Program-made: the position numbers and the translations under genes
Notes under the pieces: model-generated
Told to the model about the DNA's origin: nothing
What the model saw: the letters and a program-made list of their open reading frames with translations, nothing else
Databases searched by the model: none
Assembly: GCA_012295275.1 (NCBI GenBank)
Contig: CM022668.1
Coordinates: 1,488,001 to 1,552,000, forward strand
From: Chrysomallon squamiferum
Taxonomy: Eukaryota > Animalia > Mollusca
Direction of reading: 5' to 3'
DNA: 64,000 nucleotides
In this document: one piece after another, positions 58,491 through 64,000 of the stretch
Layout of the letters: each line of letters begins with the position of its first letter
How positions within the stretch are numbered: position 1 is the stretch's first letter

Positions 58491-61400
58491 AAAGTGAAGA
58501 CATACAGATGCTGACGAAAACAATCTTAAAACTTTATATTAAATCACATTCTAGTCTGCACTTGAGACTCCTATATTAAATTATATTTTATCATGATTAA
58601 ATCAAATACTGTGTGGAAACAGAACAGATAATAAAACTATTAAACTAGAACTGAATGTTAAACTGGATGTCCCGTGACGTTGAAATCAGTCATGCGTGAC
58701 CAGTTGATCTAGATATACATCAAAGGAAAGGTGACTCACGTTAGTCCCTGCTGGTGAAAGCGAGATGAGCAGAAAAAACACGTTGAGCTATGCTTAGAAT
58801 GAGACTTTAAAAAGTAAACAGTAATAAGTAGATGTATATCTATAAGGTTGTTATGTATCATTGATTTGAGAGATAAAAGAAGAACAAAATATTTAAAGAG
58901 AACAAAATGGAGCTCTATTAAAAAATAACCCTTCCGTTAATAATAATAAAAAAATAATATAGTAATAAAATAGAAATATAAAAAATAACAAACAAACAAA
59001 ATCAACGGAATAAAATCAAACAAACAAAATCAACGGAAAAAAAAAATCAAACAAACGAAATCAAAGTGAATTCTTGAAAAAAAACCCCAAAAGACAGACA
59101 AATAAACAAAAGAATAATTTAAAAAAAATTATTTAAATGCTTTTAAACATTGCAAATAGCGATTAAAAAAATAATAAGGAGAAAAATCAAAAACAAAAGA
59201 AAAAAGAGAAAAATCAACAGCTTTTCAGTAATTCAAGACTGTGTTAGTTTATATAAAATGTCAGTAAATCTTTAAATAATCAAGACAGTACGTGTTGATT
59301 AAAAACTGGAATATCTCGGATCGTGCCTTTGATTATAAAAAAATAACTTTGTTAATTTTAGATTGTCTTGATATCGGTTAAACAGTTACCAGATCAAAAT
59401 GTCCTAACAGACTGCATGCAGAAGAAAATAATAAACTTTGAAGATTTTTCACAAAATGCAAACAGTTCCATTTGTTTTTCTGTATTGCTTTTGTTTTTAA
59501 AATAATTTGAAATACGATGGATCTATTGTTCCTTTTGGATTTATTAAATTGTTTACAAACATTAGTTTTAGTTTTTAATATAGCAAAAATCGACAGTTCA
59601 CATTCTATAGAGAATTTTTTTCTTCTTTTTTTTTTCTTAAGGATAAACTATTTACATATAGTAATTAGATTAAAGCAGTTGCAGTTTTCTAGATCTATTT
59701 ATTGATTTTTGCCGCCATTAAGAAACGGATATTAAAAATCGTTAACCATTCACTAAAATTTTCTGTAATGTGGCCACACGACAAACCGAAGTCGTTGTAC
59801 GTTTTTGCCCAGACTAATCTTGTTTCTCAGCTGTAACGGTGATTTCACTTTGCAAAGAAAATATCAGATGTAAAGATTTCCCTACCGAAGACGGATATAT
59901 AAATAATATTTACAATAATCGTTAATTACAGATCAGCTGAAAATGAGGTGAGGGTTAGCTGTAATGTCTGATTATTATGAATAATACTGAGGCTGAAGCT
60001 GTTGTTAGTACGTTAACCAATCAGATCACAATAATCACGTTTTATAATTCTTGTAACGACAGAAATCACATTTCACATCGTGTCTATCTCTTTTATGTTT
60101 TTATTCTGTCAGCTGTTATTATTATTATACAATTATTGTTATTATTACATTAATTATTATCATTATTATTATTATTATTATTATTTTATTCATTCATATA
60201 TATATATTAAATTTTATTTTTTTATTAACGTCTTTGTTTTATCTTAAGCTGAAAATAGCTAAAACTGAATACTTAGTGTGAGGTGAAATTTCAGTGTGTA
60301 TGAGAGAGGAATGAAAAGTTAGTGTTACGTTGACCACTGATTAGTAATCTGAAACACGTGCAAAACGAGTTTTTAAAAAGATTTTGTTTCTGGCAGTGAA
60401 ATCAATACTTTACAACCCACCTCCATTACAAATTTGGTTGGCGACAAATAAATAAATATTATCATTCAGTTCAATATAAACTGTTACAAATATTGCAAAA
60501 TAACACGTAATATAAAAATTTCACGTTTGTGTTTTCTTCACTGATGATACAGTCTCCATGCATCACAAGGTTTGTTTCTTGTTCTGCCTAATGCTTCGTG
60601 ATTACTTATCAAAGATCTTTATGCGTGTTTTCCTGTCTATAGAAGAATTTGTAATAAATATTCATTATTATTATTATTTTTATTTTTGTAACAGATGAAA
60701 GATGGACAGACTTCAATGATTAAAGTAATATGCGTTATGTGAAAAGCATACATCAGTGATATGAATATTTACAGTGCAGTTAGCTGGGTTTGAAAGAGAA
60801 AAAACAACATCAGCAGCTGTGACCATCTCTTAGTCTGTTATTGTACAAGAAGAATGTCTTTTGTGTTGGATGTACCCAAGCAAGGTCAAATGATCCTTTG
60901 AAACTGGCCTGTGAAGGGGAAGATCTCGACTGGGGCAAGGAGAGGCTGGTGGTTATGAAAGGGGAGCAGTCTAATTATGATGATACTTGATTTACAAAAG
61001 TGGATGGCAAGAGTAAATATAATTTTACTTTCTGACACAAAATTTCCGTTTCATCTTATTTGAACGTTGTTGTTACAGGCTGTTTTTACAGACGTACAGT
61101 TTGCGACAACAGACAGTCTGAGAAGTGTCATTAACGTTTCTGTGTCCCGCTAATGAGACACACTGAGACGCGGGTCCCGTCTCGGAATACCACAGGTTAA
61201 CGAAAATAAAACACAGTGAAGACGTATTGATCGTGGTCTCAAGGAATGAATGGGTATAATGCAAAAACTGAAATTAGTTCATTTATAATATTAGAATAGT
61301 CTATTATATGTCTGTAGTTTGTTTTTATTACAAATAATCATAGTACTTAGTTGTTCAATATTTAACTGAACCGGTAATAACAGGTAAAAACAAAAGCAGT

Positions 61401-62936
61401 TCTTTCAAGCGTAGCATTTAGATGAAGATACAAATTAATTAGCATGTACTGAGGAAGGTTGTATGATATAACTGAAATAATAATATTTTTTTTTTTTTTT
61501 TTTTCAGTCTGTTAATGTTATATGAGAACATGCGATCTGTTGAAACAACAGACTGCGTGTGTCAGGTGTCGGCCATTGTTACTTTGTGATGGAAATATTT
61601 GTTAATAGTCTCAGCAGGCGAGCGCCAATTACTGGAGAGAAAAATATTATTTTAATAACATTTCAACAGAAACAACAAATGTTTATATTAACGGTGTGGC
61701 GAGGATAGTCGTGAAGAATTTTTTTTTTTTTTTTTTTTTTGAAGGACAAATTAGTCATGGATAATTCGGACAGAAACAGATTGCGGTCCGTACGCATCTG
61801 AACATTTACTTGTTTTTCATCTCGCTTAATTAAGTGATCTGATAATATAATAATTATAGGACATCCAGGCCTACATACACTTAAAATGTAGCTGCATGTT
61901 AAAATCTTTAAACTGCAAAGATTTCCCCAAATGAAAGTAAATGAGAAAGAGAAACCAGTGTTTACAAAACTGTGTTAACTAGTGTGTGAGACCTGACAAA
62001 TTCACAAATTATCTCATTTGTAAACAGAGCATTTTGTTTACCTTTGACCTTCGACCCGAGTGTTGTTAGCACAACACATGGATGAAGTTCAGAGAGACAA
62101 CTTACGTAAAGTGTAACTGGTGTACCAGGTAAACTTGAAATGGAAACAAGGATTAAGAGATGAAGCAGAGTAAGAACGAAAAGGAAGAAGAAAAACGAGA
62201 AGGTGAAAAGATAAAATAAAACTAAACAGGAATGACGAGAATAAAAGGAATAATTAACAAGAAAAAGCAGATTAACAAGAACACGGTAAAAAGTGAAAGG
62301 AGAAACAGACAGGTATTCTCAAGTTAATTCAGATGTTAGAAGAAAACACGAAGATAAGATGACAGCTGTGACAACGACGGTTACAGCTGACTGGGGGGAC
62401 CGTATCTCATGTACACGTACCACGACAACGCCCCCTTTGTTAAATGAAATTTTGATGCAGACGTTGTATTTAACTATGTCGGCGTCTTTTTCAGCTTGAA
62501 TATGTTATCTGGTAAACAACAAATATATTGTACAAAACTTGTTATTGTTGTTTCTAAACATTAACATATTTTTAACATATGCGTGGAACTGCTCGATCCA
62601 GTGTGAATCCTCACAAGAGCAGTGTATGGTCGTGTTTGTGTGCTTATACAGAAATGTACACAGAAACACACACAGAGCTACACGTATAGAACGTGCATGA
62701 TATTCTGTACATACTGCAGAAAGCTAATATTTTCTTTATAAACAGCGTTTGTTAATAAACGCGGAATGTTTATTGTTACTGAGTATAAAGTAAATTATCG
62801 ATTTTCATTTTATCAACATTCTACATTTATTTTTCTCAGTTGTCAGTCAGCTGTGTGTTGTGTAACAAATTTCTGCTTCTGTTTCTACTGAATGTATCTT
62901 AGTGTTACAACAACGTAAATAACAATAAAAAATAAA

Positions 62937-62992
<56 letters not shown>

Positions 62993-64000
62993 CAACAGCT
63001 ACTAGTACATAATGAAAATCAGACGGGTACAAAACGTAACCTATTTTTCAGCTTTCATTCGTGCTCGTACATAAACATTGTTAGTAGATTTTACGGGACA
63101 TTAACAACGACAGAAGATCTCTGTTTTTGTTTAATCATGTAACGTGTAAGTATTCTCAGTCTGACTACCCACTGATTCTTTACACAGATTGATTTGTGCA
63201 GTGACAAGTTTCATTTTCACCAGCGACTGAAATCAGTGACTGACCAGCTTTACAAGATTATGTATAACACAGTGTTTGGCAGAGGTTGCCGTGTTGTTGG
63301 CTTCTCCCCAGTATTGTCATGACATGTGTTTTGTGCTTAGTGACAACGTAACAGTGTATGACTTTCACAGACACATACAACTGTATCATCACATATACAC
63401 ACCAACAGGCAACAAAAAATTAATTTAATAAAGAGAGAAAAAAAAAGTACATTACACCTTATAACACTGACACATATTTGTACATACATACATACGTACG
63501 TAGTACAAATGTATTATGTATATGTGTATGCCTCTATGTATATATTTTAAATTATAAGAAGCAAACGGGTTCGGGGGATATGTGTCAGTTCTTTTGTAAA
63601 GACGAAGTAAACTCTGCTTTCAGTGTTATAATCGCCTGGAAATGTGACAAATAAAGAGACTTACAAAGGAAGCAAACAGAAATAATTAAATGTACCAGAA
63701 TAATTTTGAAATTGCTGTGACAGATAATTTTGAATAGCTATTCAGTATGGTCTTTTCAAATAAAATAGTTTATGCAAAGTCATCCGTCTGATGCAAATAG
63801 TGGATGTGTAACTGAGAGAGAAACAGAATAAAACATTAACTTGTAACAAAATAACGTGTTTTTATGTCGCCGGTAACACGGGGTTTAAGAAGAAACAGTA
63901 GCATACGTGCAAGTCAAACATTATTTTAATACACCGCGTGATCAAATTCGCCGATGATAAACTATGACTGCACAGGAAGGAAGTAGTAAATAATAGATCT

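Noticed and set aside
61165-61185. GC hairpin gagacg...cgtctc as a Helitron 3' end
   Set aside because: No CTRR terminus downstream; too short to support

Overview
AT-rich, intron-dense animal genomic DNA (invertebrate; mollusc/gastropod-like is a weak inference). Two genes converge. (1) On + are the last four coding exons (166-1474) of an inositol 1,4,5-trisphosphate 3-kinase (SSLL, IDFAKT and EDGYLxG motifs). (2) On - is most of a spectraplakin (MACF1/dystonin/Shot-like). I traced 49 GT-AG exons from 51060 to the stop at 6854 with consistent phase (10347 nt, about 3448 aa): partial plakin domain with SH3, a 2401-nt plectin-repeat exon, a spectrin-repeat rod, EF-hands, a GAR domain and an S/T/P-rich tail. 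Its 5' exons appear to lie beyond the window. The most interesting signal is a set of ATG-initiated, donor-terminated, in-frame candidate alternative first exons inside enlarged introns (21567-21652, 21033-21049/21238, 36382-36498). Two of them sit in a CpG-retaining, promoter-like intron, which suggests nested, N-terminally truncated isoforms from internal promoters, as in dystrophin. The protein also looks compact and divergent: shortened plakin C-half and rod, degenerate EF2, no SxIP motif. Three tandem duplications copy splice-site sequence. A Tc1/mariner-type MITE, minisatellites and microsatellites are present. Coordinates were read by hand and no searches were run.
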